From assembly GCA_965224245.1 (NCBI GenBank), contig OZ245046.1, positions 5,696,001 to 5,760,000 of the forward strand: a stretch of DNA of 64,000 nt. Direction: 5' to 3'. This document shows, in pieces, positions 22,232 through 32,667 of the stretch. Source of the stretch: Candidatus Eiseniibacteriota bacterium (lineage in GTDB: Bacteria; Eisenbacteria; RBG-16-71-46; CAZAMP01). The notes below the pieces were generated by a model that saw only the letters and a program-made list of their open reading frames with translations, was not told where the DNA came from and ran no database searches. Positions within the stretch are counted from its first letter, which is position 1. Every line of letters begins with the position of its first letter. Made by a program: the position numbers and the translations under genes.

Positions 22232-23371
22232 TCAGGTGGCGAGGGCGCGGTCCAGATCCTCGATCAGATCGTCGGCGTCCTCGATCCCCACCGACAGCCG
22301 GCACAGCGAGTCGGTGATTCCGATGGCGTCCTTCTCGGTCTGCGGGATCGCGTGGTGCGTCATCCGGGTCGGGTAGCACACGAGCGACTCGACGCCGCCC
22401 AGACTCTCGGCCAGCTTGAACACGCGCAGCTTCTTGAAGAAGTCGTCCGCGCCCTGGCGTCCGCCGCGGACCCAGAACGAGACCATGCCGCCGAAGCCGC
22501 ACATCTGCCGGGAGGCGATCGCATGGCCGGGAGCCTCGGGATCACCGGGATAGAACACGCGCTCGGCGCGCGGGTGATCGGCCAGGAACGCCGCGACCCG
22601 CCGCGCGTTGGCATCGTGGCGCTGCATGCGCACCTCGAGCGTCTTGACGCCGCGCTGGACCAGAAAGCAGTCGAGCGGCGCGGGGATGCCGCCGCAGGCG
22701 TTCTGGTAGAACTTCACGCGGGCGTGGATCTCGGGGTCGTTCGTGACCACGGCGCCGCCGACGACGTCGCTGTGACCGCCGATGTACTTCGTCGTGCTGT
22801 GGACGACCACGTCGGCCCCGAGCGCCAGCGGCGTCTGGAAGACCGGCGTCGCGAAGGTGTTGTCGACGACGAGGGTGAGCCCCGGCCGCCGCTCCTGGGC
22901 GAGGCGAGCGATGTCGATGACGTTCAGCATGGGATTCGTGGGCGTCTCGATCCAGATCATGCGCGTCCGGTCGGTGATGGCCGCGGCGATGTCGTCCGCG
23001 GAGCTCGTGTTCAGGAACGTCGACCGGATCCCGTACTTGTCGTAGACCATCCTGAGCTGGCGATATGTGCCCCCGTACACGTCGATCGTGGAGACGAACT
23101 CGTCGCCGGGCTTCAGGAGATCCAGGAGGGCCGCCGTCGCGGCCGAGCCCGAGGCGAAGCAGGCGCCGTGCTTGCCGCCCTCGATGCTGGCGAGCGTCTC
23201 CTCGAGCGCGTCGCGCGTGGGATTCTGCGTGCGGGCGTACTCGTACCCCGACCGTGGCGCATCGACTCCGTCCTGCTCGTACGTGGATGTCTGGAAGATG
23301 GGGACCGTGACGGAGCCGGTCCGTTCGTCTGACGGCTGTCCGGCGTGGATGGCCCTGGTGGCGAACTTCAT
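22232..23371 (-). CDS. Cystathionine gamma-lyase/synthase
   Basis: MKFATRAIHAG, YARTQNPTR, ETPTNP, HSTTKYIGGHSD and AESLGGVESL. Confidence 0.93.
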   Translation of the reverse strand: MKFATRAIHAGQPSDERTGSVTVPIFQTSTYEQDGVDAPRSGYEYARTQNPTRDALEETLASIEGGKHGACFASGSAATAALLDLLKPGDEFVSTIDVYGGTYRQLRMVYDKYGIRSTFLNTSSADDIAAAITDRTRMIWIETPTNPMLNVIDIARLAQERRPGLTLVVDNTFATPVFQTPLALGADVVVHSTTKYIGGHSDVVGGAVVTNDPEIHARVKFYQNACGGIPAPLDCFLVQRGVKTLEVRMQRHDANARRVAAFLADHPRAERVFYPGDPEAPGHAIASRQMCGFGGMVSFWVRGGRQGADDFFKKLRVFKLAESLGGVESLVCYPTRMTHHAIPQTEKDAIGITDSLCRLSVGIEDADDLIEDLDRALAT

Positions 23372-23588
23372 CGTGTGGCTCTCCGAGGTGGACGCCCGGT
23401 GGCCGGCGGGCCGGCGCGGGTGTGCGCCCGGGCACACCGTGCCCGGGTCGCAGGAGGCTGATCGGCGGCGCATCGCGCCCATGGAACCGCGGGAGTCTAG
23501 CAGACCCGGGCAGGTGGAGGGGACCGGTGGTCGCACGCAGCCACCCCGAGCGCGCGACTGATCCGGTACAGACGAGTCGAACGGGGCG

Positions 23589-24314
23589 TCAGTCCGCGTA
23601 GCGGTAGACCTTCCACGTCCCGTTGCACTCGGCGACGGTGCGGACGAACGTCAGCTCCACGGGCTGTTCGCTCGCGTCGACGCAGTGCAGGACGAGGCCC
23701 CGGTGCAGCGTGAAGTTCGTGTAGGGCGTGATGCCCTCGGAGTAGGTGACGTGACTGAACGTCAGCTGACGCCCGTCGATGGCATCGGCACCTCGAGTCG
23801 CGCCCGAGAGGTTGCTGCGGTGCAGGAACCCCCAGGCATGCGTGGCCTCGATGTGGGTGACGGGACGACTCTCGGGGAACTCCCGCCACAGCACGTCCTC
23901 GAAGTCGTGAGCGTCCACCGCGAGCGCCTGAAGGCGAGCCCGGTCGTCGCGGACCGCGGCATCGACCACGGCCGTGAGCAGCGCCTTGAAGCTCGGCTGT
24001 CCGCCCTCGAGCCTGAGATTCGTGTTTCGCGGAACCTCGCGACGGCCGCTCTCCACGGCGTCTCGTTCAGGATCGTCGGGCGGTGTGTAGCCGGGCGCGT
24101 TGGCGAGGGCGGACGGCGCAACCGTCCTGCCGGGGGCGACGATCGGTACCGCCGGCACGTGCCCATCGGCATCGGCCTCCAGGACCTCGCGAACGTCATC
24201 GGAGACGCCGTCGGCCCGTGCCGTATCGGGTCCCTTCGAGCAGCTCGACCCGAGCACCATCAGCGCGATGCCGAGCATGAGGGGACGAACTCCGGTGTGT
24301 CGTGACTCATTCAC
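23589..24314 (-). CDS. Hypothetical lipoprotein co-transcribed with the TonB receptor
   Basis: Hydrophobic stretch ending GSSC; starts 8 bp after the receptor stop. Confidence 0.65.
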   Translation of the reverse strand: MNESRHTGVRPLMLGIALMVLGSSCSKGPDTARADGVSDDVREVLEADADGHVPAVPIVAPGRTVAPSALANAPGYTPPDDPERDAVESGRREVPRNTNLRLEGGQPSFKALLTAVVDAAVRDDRARLQALAVDAHDFEDVLWREFPESRPVTHIEATHAWGFLHRSNLSGATRGADAIDGRQLTFSHVTYSEGITPYTNFTLHRGLVLHCVDASEQPVELTFVRTVAECNGTWKVYRYAD

Positions 24315-24322
24315 GGTACGGT

Positions 24323-27271
24323 TCAGCCCTTCAGGTTGAATGAGATCGAGGCCTTCCGACCGAGGCGATGACCCTTCGTCGTGAAATCGCCCTGGCGGTA
24401 CTCGACCTCGTCGTCCAGGATGTTCTCGAATCCGATCTTCACGAGGCCGTTTCCGAGCGAGAACTTGGCGTCGAGGCTATGGAACGGTCGCTCGTACTCG
24501 TCCGGCTGGCCGAAGCCGGCGATCTTGCGCAGTCGCTTGCCGAACACGTTGTACAGAAGCGACGCCGACGTGCCGCCGGTCACCGACGTGAAGTGCACGC
24601 CCAGATTCACGATGTACGGGGACTGCCCGTCGAACGGCCGGTTGCCGGCGGTCTGGATGCCGGGAAGACCCTCGGAGTTGAGCTTGGAGTCCGTGAACGT
24701 GAAGTTCGTGCTGAGTCCCCAGCTGCGGTACTTGTGCGACAGCCGCCCCAGGCCGAACCGGGCCTCCAGCTCCAGGCCGCGGACCCAGCCGTCCTTTGCG
24801 TTCTGCGGAACGTACAGGTAGCTGCCGCCCGCCGTGATCGTCTGCACGACCGGGTTCTCGAAGTCCTTCCGAAACAAGCTCACGGCCAGGAGCTCGGTGG
24901 GGCCGAGGTACGTCTCCACCCGGAGATCGAGGTTCTCGATGAGCGTCCGCTTCAGATCCGGGTTGCCGACGTTGTACTCGTCCTCTTCGAAGTTGTAGAA
25001 CACGATGCTGGCCAGCTCTCGAAGCTGTGGTCGCGTCAGCGTCTCGGTGAATGCCGCACGAACGTTGGTCCGGTCGCTCACCCTGTACACGAGATTGACC
25101 GCCGGAAGCGCGTCCCGGGTGTCCAGCTTGGACGCGGTCGCCAGCTCCTGCACGCCGAACGGGTTGGACGAGTCCACCTTCTGGAGCGAGTTCTCCCAGC
25201 GGACACCGAAGGTCGCCCGCAGGCGTGACCGGATCGGGATGTCGAGCATCGCGTAGCCCGCGTCGATCTCGTGTGAGCCCTCGTATCCGTCGAACCACTG
25301 GGTCGTCTCTTCGATGCGGAACGAGCGCGCCGCGGACTGCCCTCCGATGTTCTCGTCGGTCAGTAGCTCCTCGATGCCGGCGCCCTCCTGGATCAGTCGG
25401 CCCGCGTCGCCGATGCTGGGGACCGAGTACTTGAAGCTCCGGTAGAGCGTGTTGCGGTCCTCGTCCTTTCGGAAGTACCCGCCCTTGAAGCGGGCCACGC
25501 GGCTCGCTTTGGAGTCGTCGTCGCTCTCACCCCAGAGCGGCACCGTGAGATCGATCTTCGACACGCGCTCGTCGTCGTTGGTGTCGCCGAAGATCATCTG
25601 CAGGTTCGACTGGTCGTTGTTGCTGAGCGCGTAACGGCCGTCATTGCGTTTCTCGTACGTGTACTTCCGATGATCGGGCTCGCTGCGATCGGCCAGCGAC
25701 CGCGAGTACTTCCATTCGAGCTGCGCTCCCACGAGGACCGGGTGTTCCAGCTCGAACGAGTTGGTCTGGATCGAGCGCTCGACGAACGCCAGCTCGGTCA
25801 CTCGCACCGAGTCCCGGAACTGCTCGTCGACGCCGGACTTGATGAGCGTGATGTCCTCGGCCGAGCGGTTGTACATCGACCGGAACCGGAACGTGGTGTC
25901 CTCGAGGAGCTCCGCGGTCACGTTGCCGACGCCGCCCCAGAGGATGCTCCGCTCGTTGTAGTCGAGGTCGTAGGACACGTCGATCTCGGTGCTCTCCTCG
26001 TCCTGGATGTTCGTCGGGATCACCCGCGTCCGATCCTGCTGAGAGAACCCGTGTGAGTACGAGCCGGACGCGAGGACGCCGATGCGGCGTCCGAACACCT
26101 TGGCCTGGTCGGAGTACGACGCGCCGTAGCTCTGGTTGGGATCGGCGATGGCGCGACGCGTGCCCCAGCTCCTCGGGAAGGCCTCTCCGATCGCCTCGAT
26201 CTCCTCGGCCGAGAGCCCACCGGCGATGCCGCCCCTGACGACACGCTGATCCTCGGGGACGATGTCCGGAAGCGCGCGTGTCCCGTCGTCGTAGCCGAGC
26301 CAGTCGCGCCTGCCGCCGGCATAGGTCGTCCGGCCGAAGCCGGTCGCGCGGGAGTTCTGCCCGACCGACGCCGAGAGACTCCAGGCGCGATGGCCGGGAA
26401 AGTCCTTCGTGCGGATGTCGACCGTGCCCCCGGCGAACTGCCCGGGCTGGTCCGGGGTGAAGCTCTTCTGCACGACGATGTTGTCCACGAGACCGGTCGC
26501 GAACAGATCCAGCGGCACCACGCGGCGGTTCGGGTCGGGGCTGCTGATGGTGGCGCCGTTGACCTGCGTGGAGCTATACCGATCGCCCAGGCCTCGCACG
26601 TACGTCTCGCCGCCGATGTTCGTCAATCCGGTGACGCGCGAGAGCGCCTCGGCCGCGTTGGAATCGGTGCCCCGGCTGATCTGCTCGGAGCTGATGCCGT
26701 CGAGCACCGCGAACGACTCGCGCTGCTCGGTGAGTACGGCCTGTTCGGTGTTCTCGAGCCGCAGGTCGACGACGTCGAACGAGTCGAGGACGACGACGTC
26801 CTCGCTGAGCGGGAAGTCGACCACGGTCGTGTCGGCCTCCACGCGTACCGCTCGAGCGCGATAGGGCTCGTACGAGAAGTACGCGACCCCGAAATCGTAC
26901 AGGCCCGGCTTCAACACGAGCTGGTAGTACCCTTGCTCGTTCGACCAGATTCCCCCGGAGCTCGTGCCGAGCGTGTCGGCCAGGGACTCGATGCGATAGG
27001 CCGTCACGGGCGCGAGCGCGATGCCGTCGCCGGTCACGCGGTCGTACACGCGCCCCCTGACGATGCGATCGCGCTGTTCCTCGCCGGTCCCCGGCACGGG
27101 AAGCGACTCGACGGTATCCGGAGGCTCGATGACGTCGTCGACGTCGTCCTGGGCGAGGGCCCGGGGCGTTCCGAAGAGGAGGGCGGCGAGAACGAAGAGA
27201 CCGACAGAGGCGGGGAAGGCCACATCGCGCGATGACACGGCCATCGAAATCCGTTTACCTGGCTGCATCAT
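24323..27271 (-). CDS. TonB-dependent receptor with N-terminal carboxypeptidase-regulatory-like extension
   Basis: GAGGAG RBS; plug DSNAAEALSRVTG..YVRGLGDRY..VPLDLF..KSFTPD; barrel GNPDL, GLELE and GQSPYIVN. Confidence 0.93.
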   Translation of the reverse strand: MMQPGKRISMAVSSRDVAFPASVGLFVLAALLFGTPRALAQDDVDDVIEPPDTVESLPVPGTGEEQRDRIVRGRVYDRVTGDGIALAPVTAYRIESLADTLGTSSGGIWSNEQGYYQLVLKPGLYDFGVAYFSYEPYRARAVRVEADTTVVDFPLSEDVVVLDSFDVVDLRLENTEQAVLTEQRESFAVLDGISSEQISRGTDSNAAEALSRVTGLTNIGGETYVRGLGDRYSSTQVNGATISSPDPNRRVVPLDLFATGLVDNIVVQKSFTPDQPGQFAGGTVDIRTKDFPGHRAWSLSASVGQNSRATGFGRTTYAGGRRDWLGYDDGTRALPDIVPEDQRVVRGGIAGGLSAEEIEAIGEAFPRSWGTRRAIADPNQSYGASYSDQAKVFGRRIGVLASGSYSHGFSQQDRTRVIPTNIQDEESTEIDVSYDLDYNERSILWGGVGNVTAELLEDTTFRFRSMYNRSAEDITLIKSGVDEQFRDSVRVTELAFVERSIQTNSFELEHPVLVGAQLEWKYSRSLADRSEPDHRKYTYEKRNDGRYALSNNDQSNLQMIFGDTNDDERVSKIDLTVPLWGESDDDSKASRVARFKGGYFRKDEDRNTLYRSFKYSVPSIGDAGRLIQEGAGIEELLTDENIGGQSAARSFRIEETTQWFDGYEGSHEIDAGYAMLDIPIRSRLRATFGVRWENSLQKVDSSNPFGVQELATASKLDTRDALPAVNLVYRVSDRTNVRAAFTETLTRPQLRELASIVFYNFEEDEYNVGNPDLKRTLIENLDLRVETYLGPTELLAVSLFRKDFENPVVQTITAGGSYLYVPQNAKDGWVRGLELEARFGLGRLSHKYRSWGLSTNFTFTDSKLNSEGLPGIQTAGNRPFDGQSPYIVNLGVHFTSVTGGTSASLLYNVFGKRLRKIAGFGQPDEYERPFHSLDAKFSLGNGLVKIGFENILDDEVEYRQGDFTTKGHRLGRKASISFNLKG

Positions 27272-27443
27272 GGCACACGCTCCTCGGGGACCGAGACGGG
27301 GGGTACCGATCCGAAGTCCGGGAAGTCTACGGCCGCCCTTCGAGGACCTGATGTTAGGAAACTGTGTTTTCCGGGCGCGGAGCCGCGGGGCCGCGGGAGG
27401 TCGAAGGGCATCCGTCGCAGAGCTGCCCGTCGGCAAACCAGAG

Positions 27444-27470
27444 GAGAGCCCCGACGGGGTCGGGGCTCTC
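27444..27470 (-). terminator. Perfect 12-bp hairpin between the secreted protein gene and the TonB receptor
   Basis: GAGAGCCCCGAC-GGG-GTCGGGGCTCTC. Confidence 0.55.
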
Positions 27471-27531
27471 GACGGTCAGAGATGTAACGCTGAGCTGTCA
27501 GTCTCTGAAACGCGGCGCTGCAAGCTGTCGC

Positions 27532-27555
27532 GTCGAGCCCCCGGAGGGGCTCGAC
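27532..27555 (-). terminator. 10-bp hairpin just after the stop of the 594-aa gene
   Basis: GTCGAGCCCC-CGGA-GGGGCTCGAC. Confidence 0.5.
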
Positions 27556-27562
27556 ATCGTGA

Positions 27563-29347
27563 TCATTGCATGTGGAACAGGCGACCGGAGACCTGCTCGG
27601 CCCCACCGATCATGCGGTAGTAGTACACGCCCGTGCTGAGGCCCGAGGGAACGGCCCACGTGATCTCGTGCGCACCGGCCGTCAGCTGCTGATCCGCGAT
27701 CGAGTCCACGAGGCGGCCGCTGACGTCGTACACGCCCAGCTCGACGTGCGCATCGGCGTCGAGCGTGATCGCGAACGTCGCATGGGTCTTGACCGGGTTC
27801 GGAAACGCTCGGAGCGCGACGCTGGCCGTCGGCGCCTGAACGTCACCCGCGGCGACCGTCGGGCTGCAGAACACACCCGGGTCCGCGCAGTTTCCGTCGC
27901 ACCCGAGTCCGCGAGCGAGCGAGGCCGCGTTCTGCACCTGGATGCCGTAGGCGTTCCAGTACGCGATGATCGAATTGTGCACCGATGCGTCCGTTCCGCG
28001 GCGGAGGTTGATGCCGTCGGTCGGGCTGCCGCCCGCCGGGCCGGGGCCGATCAACGTCAGGTTGGCCAGGATCGGCTTGGAACGGCACGGCGCATCGTTG
28101 TCGAACTCGTTGTTGTCGGCCTCGATGCCCTTGTCGCCGTCGTCGGCCCAGTGCTGATCGATCGCGAACTGAAGCCCGCCACGGAAGCCCATCTGCCAGT
28201 CGAAGCCGTCGTCGCCGCCACCGGTCGAGAGCCAGTGGTTGCCGTACGGCTTACCGCCGAACCACTCGAAGTTGTCGTCGAAGCCCATGTGGGCCTGGAG
28301 GTACTCGAGGGCCGTGGCGCAGCCGAGGCCGTTGAACGTCCAGGCGTTCAGCTCGTTGTCGATCGTGATGCCGATGCCGGCGTACTCGACGCGCGCGTAG
28401 CGGACGAGACCGCTGTCGTCGCAGTCGTCGCTGCCGCAGAAGAAGCCGGCGGTTCCACCCTCGGACGCGCAGCTCTCGCCGCCGATGCAGTCGGCGCAGT
28501 TGGCGATCGCGTTGCCGTGGATGACGACGCCGCCCCAGCCGCCGCGAGCGTAGTCGCCCGGGAGCGCGTCGGAGGTGAAGATGATCGGACGGATCTCGCG
28601 AACGCCGGTACCCGGGTTCACCCATTCGCCGTCCGCGTGGATCTTCGCGTCGCGCTCGATCACGAGGTAGCCGGCCGTGGCGGCCTCGCCGAAGATGACG
28701 GTACCGGCCTCGATGACCAGCTCGTCGCCTGCGGCCACGCTGACACGCCCGCGGAGCAGATGGTTCGAGGCGGCCGACCAGTTGAGCTCGCCCGGTCCCA
28801 GAACGCCCTCGTGAATCTCCAGCGGCTTACCGAAGTCGATGTCGGTCCGCGGGTTCCCATCCTCGTCGAGCCCGTCGAAGCTGTAGTACGTCCAGCCGGC
28901 GGTCCAGTCCTCGCCGCCCGGCTCGATCGCGCCGCGGTAGCACACCGGCACGAACTTGTCCCGCATCTTCGCGCACAGGTCGATCTCGCCCTCGCAGTTC
29001 TCGCAGTCGTCGTCGATGAACCAGAACTTCGAGACGGCATCGACCATGCCGCTGGCGATCGAGCCCGCCGCCGGGGTCATGTCGGGCGCGAAGCCCGGCG
29101 TGCCGTCGATCGGGTTGTTGAGCGGATCGGCGAGCATCGGGTTGGCGACGTCGTTGTGGAAGAGGTCGCCGGCGTTCCCGACGTGGTTCTGCGGACAGCC
29201 GGCCACCGCGTAGTTGCCGCTGGCGTCGTCCTCGGCGCCGCTCGCGTTGTCGAAGAAGATGTTGCCGGACACGGTGTCCTGCGCATTCGCACCGGCCGCG
29301 AACATGAGCAGCGTGACGCACACACCAGCCCACTTGACGTGCTTCAT
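27563..29347 (-). CDS. Secreted beta-helix-type protein (TonB receptor-associated family) with C-terminal T9SS/FlgD-like domain
   Basis: Signal peptide; PIIFTS, WGGVVIHG, DDSGLVRYARVEYAG, ELNAWT, DDNFEWFGG, DDGFDW and GIEADN; CTD AFPNP...VYDVSGRLV...GVYYYR. Confidence 0.8.
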   Translation of the reverse strand: MKHVKWAGVCVTLLMFAAGANAQDTVSGNIFFDNASGAEDDASGNYAVAGCPQNHVGNAGDLFHNDVANPMLADPLNNPIDGTPGFAPDMTPAAGSIASGMVDAVSKFWFIDDDCENCEGEIDLCAKMRDKFVPVCYRGAIEPGGEDWTAGWTYYSFDGLDEDGNPRTDIDFGKPLEIHEGVLGPGELNWSAASNHLLRGRVSVAAGDELVIEAGTVIFGEAATAGYLVIERDAKIHADGEWVNPGTGVREIRPIIFTSDALPGDYARGGWGGVVIHGNAIANCADCIGGESCASEGGTAGFFCGSDDCDDSGLVRYARVEYAGIGITIDNELNAWTFNGLGCATALEYLQAHMGFDDNFEWFGGKPYGNHWLSTGGGDDGFDWQMGFRGGLQFAIDQHWADDGDKGIEADNNEFDNDAPCRSKPILANLTLIGPGPAGGSPTDGINLRRGTDASVHNSIIAYWNAYGIQVQNAASLARGLGCDGNCADPGVFCSPTVAAGDVQAPTASVALRAFPNPVKTHATFAITLDADAHVELGVYDVSGRLVDSIADQQLTAGAHEITWAVPSGLSTGVYYYRMIGGAEQVSGRLFHMQ

Positions 29348-29512
29348 GAGTGAAGCTCCTTTGGAAGTACTGGTTCCAGGATGCAGTGCCGGCTTCTCCC
29401 TCTACGCCGGCGCTTGTCGGACGAGGTCTCGGTTCCACGGAGGTACCGGTGTCGGAGGCGTGCACCGGTTCCTCCAGGCGCGGGAAGAGTAGGTATGTTC
29501 GGCGAGCCGTGG

Positions 29513-29550
29513 GTTAACGGACGGTGAGACGCTGGTTAGTCCCGCGTTAG
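29513..29550 (-). promoter_or_regulatory. Four direct repeats at exact 11-bp period (Pho-box-like)
   Basis: Plus strand GTTAA 29513, GTGAG 29524, GTTAG 29535, GTTAG 29546; read on minus as CTAAC, CTAAC, CTCAC, TTAAC. Confidence 0.6.
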
Positions 29551-29645
29551 TGCAGGGTGGGAAGCCTATGTCGGCGCGGGTTTCCGGCCGCGCCCGTTCA
29601 GACGTCGGGCCCGGCGTGACCGCGGTCGAGACGTCGGCGTGCTCC

Positions 29646-31466
29646 CTAGCTCGTTCGCGGTGCCGGCTCCTGGTCGCCGGTTTGGACCCGCCAGAGCTTC
29701 GCGTACACCCCGTCGCGGGTGGCGAGGGAATCGTGAGTTCCGCGCTCGACGATGCGCCCCCGCTCCATCACCACGATCTCGTCCGCGTGTCGAATGGTCG
29801 AGAGGCGGTGCGCGACCACCACCGTTGTCCGGTGGGCGGCGATGCGGGCCAGCGAGCGCTGGATGGCCGCCTCGGTCTCGTTGTCCACCGACGAGGTGGC
29901 CTCGTCCAGGATCATGACGGGCGGATCCTTGAGGAGTGCGCGGGCGATCGACAGCCTCTGACGCTGTCCGCCCGACAGCTTCTGTCCGCGTTCACCGACG
30001 AGCGTGTCGTATCCGTCGGAGAGCTCCTGGACGAACCCGTGCGCCTCGGCCGCGATCGCGGCGGCGACGATGGCGTCGTCGTCGGCGTCGAACGTCCCGT
30101 AGCGGATGTTGTCGCGGACGGTGCCGTCCAGGAGAAAGACGTCCTGACTGACCAGCCCGATCGCACCGCGGAGGTCGGCGAGCGAGAGCGTGGACAGGTC
30201 GTGACCGTCCAGCGAGATCGAGCCGGCGTGAGGCTCGTAGAACCGGAGGAGGAGCTTCACGAGCGACGTCTTGCCCGATCCGGTGGCGCCCACGATGGCC
30301 ACCGTCCGACCGGCCGGGACATGGAGCGAGAAGTCCTCGAGGACGATCGGACCGGACGGATATCGAAACGACACCCGATCGAAGGTCAGCTCCCCGGAGA
30401 CGTCCTCGCGACGGAGGGGTGTCGACCCGTTTCGGATCGTGATTGGCTCGTCCAGGAGATCCAGGATGCGATGGGTGGAGGCCATCGCACGCTGATACAG
30501 ATCGACCGTCGTGCCGAGGCGGGTGAGGGGCCAAAGGAGCCGCTGCGTCATGAACACCATCACGCTGTAGGCGCCGACGGCCAGGTCGCCCGCGAAGACC
30601 GACCGCCCGCCCAGGAGAAGCGTGAGCACGAAGCCCACGACGATCACCATTCGGATCAGCGGCGAGAACGCCGAGCTGAGCCGGATGGCGGCCGAATTGC
30701 TCTCCCGGTAGCGGCTGCTCTCCCGATCGACACGGGAGATCTCGTGCGCCTCGGCGGTGAAGCTCTTGATGGTCGCGATACCGCCGAGGTTGTTCGCGAG
30801 GAGACCGTTCAGCACGCCCACGCGTTCCCGCACCGCGGCGTATCGCGGCGCGAGCCGCTTCTGAAACGAGAACGACCCCCACAGGATGAACGGGATCGGC
30901 AGGAACGCGAGCCACGCCACCTGGGGGGCGAGGGAGAAGAAGATGGCCCCGATCACCACCACGGTGGTGCCGACCTGCAGGAGATCGTTGGCGCCACCGT
31001 CCAGGAATCGCTCGAGCTGGTTCACGTCGTCGTTCAGGATCGACATGAGTCCGCCCGAGGAGCGGTCCTCGAAGTACGCGAGGTCCAGCCGCTGGATGTG
31101 GGCGTATGCGTCGAGCCGGAGCGAGTGCTGCAGCGCCTGCGCGAGATTCCGCCAGCGCACCGCGTAGAGATACTCGAAGAGCGACTCGAGCCCCCAGATG
31201 ACCAGCGTCAGGATCGCCAGCACCCAGAGCTGCCCCTCGGGGTCGGTCACGCCCGCCTTGGCCACCAGCGATTCCTCGCGCTGCACGACGACGTCGACCG
31301 CGGCGCCGATCAGCAGGGGTGGAGCCAGGTCGAAGACCTTGTTCAGGATCGAGTACGTCGTGGCCACGCGGATCGCGCCGCGGTGCTCCCGGGCGTAGGA
31401 CCACAGCCGCGCCAGCCCCGACGACCGGTGCTGGCGGCTCGGCGGGGCCGGCGCTGGCATGCTCAC
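29646..31466 (-). CDS. ABC exporter, fused permease/ATPase (MsbA-like)
   Basis: N-terminal TM domain; [23 protein letters not shown] and AHRLST. Confidence 0.93.
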   Translation of the reverse strand: MSMPAPAPPSRQHRSSGLARLWSYAREHRGAIRVATTYSILNKVFDLAPPLLIGAAVDVVVQREESLVAKAGVTDPEGQLWVLAILTLVIWGLESLFEYLYAVRWRNLAQALQHSLRLDAYAHIQRLDLAYFEDRSSGGLMSILNDDVNQLERFLDGGANDLLQVGTTVVVIGAIFFSLAPQVAWLAFLPIPFILWGSFSFQKRLAPRYAAVRERVGVLNGLLANNLGGIATIKSFTAEAHEISRVDRESSRYRESNSAAIRLSSAFSPLIRMVIVVGFVLTLLLGGRSVFAGDLAVGAYSVMVFMTQRLLWPLTRLGTTVDLYQRAMASTHRILDLLDEPITIRNGSTPLRREDVSGELTFDRVSFRYPSGPIVLEDFSLHVPAGRTVAIVGATGSGKTSLVKLLLRFYEPHAGSISLDGHDLSTLSLADLRGAIGLVSQDVFLLDGTVRDNIRYGTFDADDDAIVAAAIAAEAHGFVQELSDGYDTLVGERGQKLSGGQRQRLSIARALLKDPPVMILDEATSSVDNETEAAIQRSLARIAAHRTTVVVAHRLSTIRHADEIVVMERGRIVERGTHDSLATRDGVYAKLWRVQTGDQEPAPRTS

Positions 31467-31648
31467 GTGTGATCACCGTCCACGGAGATTGGGCCTTCCT
31501 GGGGGCGCGACGCCGGCCGGCTCGGCCGGTCGGGAGGCCTCGCCGGGATGGGCACCGGCCTCCGCTCGAACGAACGTCATTCTACAGGTTGACGGCCGCC
31601 CCGCCGAGTGGTTAGAAACCGCGTTTCCCCCCGATTCTCGGAGGATCC

Positions 31649-32608
31649 ATGGCGAGAGCGGCCCACCACAGGCGGCGCGCGGTCGTGGCGCTGGGTGGCA
31701 ACGCGATCACCCGCACCGGCCAGGAGGGAACGGTCGCGGAGGACTACCAGAACATCGACCAGAGCCTGGACGGGGTGGTCGCGCTTCTGGAGACCGGATA
31801 CCAGATCCTCCTGACCCACGGCAACGGCCCGCAGATCGGCAATCAGATGATCCGGGTCGAGCTCGCGCGTGGAGAGGCGCCCGACCTTCCGCTCGACGTC
31901 ATGGGTGCGGACATCCAGGGTGGGCTCGGCTACATGATCGAGCGGGTCCTCCGATCGAAGCTGCGCAAGCGCGGGCTCTTGCCCCGGGTCTGCTGTGTGC
32001 TGACGATGGTCGAGGTCGACGCGAACGATCCCGCCATGCAGAACCCCACGAAGTTCGTGGGACCGGTGTACGCCGCGGCCGAGGTCGACCGACTGCGGGC
32101 CGAGCGCGGCTGGGCCATGAAGGAGGACAAGGGGCGCGGCTGGCGGCGCGTGGTCCCCTCGCCGGAACCGGTCGGCGTCATGGAGCGCGACGAGATCGTG
32201 ACGTTGATGGACTCGGGCACGATCGTGATCTCCGGTGGTGGCGGGGGAATCCCCGTCAGCCGCACCGGGAGCGGCGAGCCGATCGGCGTGGAGGGCGTCG
32301 TGGACAAGGACCTCTCGTCGGCCATCATCGCGCTCGCGGTGGGCGCCCCCGAGCTGTTCATCCTCACCTCGGTGTCGCACGTCATGCGCGACTTCGACAA
32401 GCCCGACGAGCGGGCGATCGAGAGCATGACGGTCACCGAGGCACGAGCGCTGATGGCCGAGGGACAGTTTCCGCCCGGCAGCATGGGACCGAAGATCGAG
32501 GCGGCCTGCCGGTTCATCGAGGGTGGCGGAGGTCGCGTGCTGATCACCGACCACTCCAGTCTGATCGAGGCGCTCGCCGGCAACGCGGGGACGTGGATCA
32601 CGCCGTAG
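31649..32608 (+). CDS. arcC: Carbamate kinase
   Basis: VALGGNA, THGNGPQIG, PTKFVGP, WRRVVPSP, GGGGIPV, VDKD and GSMGPK. Confidence 0.95.
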   Translation: MARAAHHRRRAVVALGGNAITRTGQEGTVAEDYQNIDQSLDGVVALLETGYQILLTHGNGPQIGNQMIRVELARGEAPDLPLDVMGADIQGGLGYMIERVLRSKLRKRGLLPRVCCVLTMVEVDANDPAMQNPTKFVGPVYAAAEVDRLRAERGWAMKEDKGRGWRRVVPSPEPVGVMERDEIVTLMDSGTIVISGGGGGIPVSRTGSGEPIGVEGVVDKDLSSAIIALAVGAPELFILTSVSHVMRDFDKPDERAIESMTVTEARALMAEGQFPPGSMGPKIEAACRFIEGGGGRVLITDHSSLIEALAGNAGTWITP

Positions 32609-32667
32609 GGGCCGCCGACTGGTCGCGCCCTCGATCGGATCGGATCCGCGTCGCGTTCCGGTCCGGG

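Noticed and set aside
27474-27523. Second Pho box directly upstream of the TonB receptor
   Set aside because: TGTAAC, TGTCAG and TGAAAC-like words are present but not at a consistent 11-bp period.
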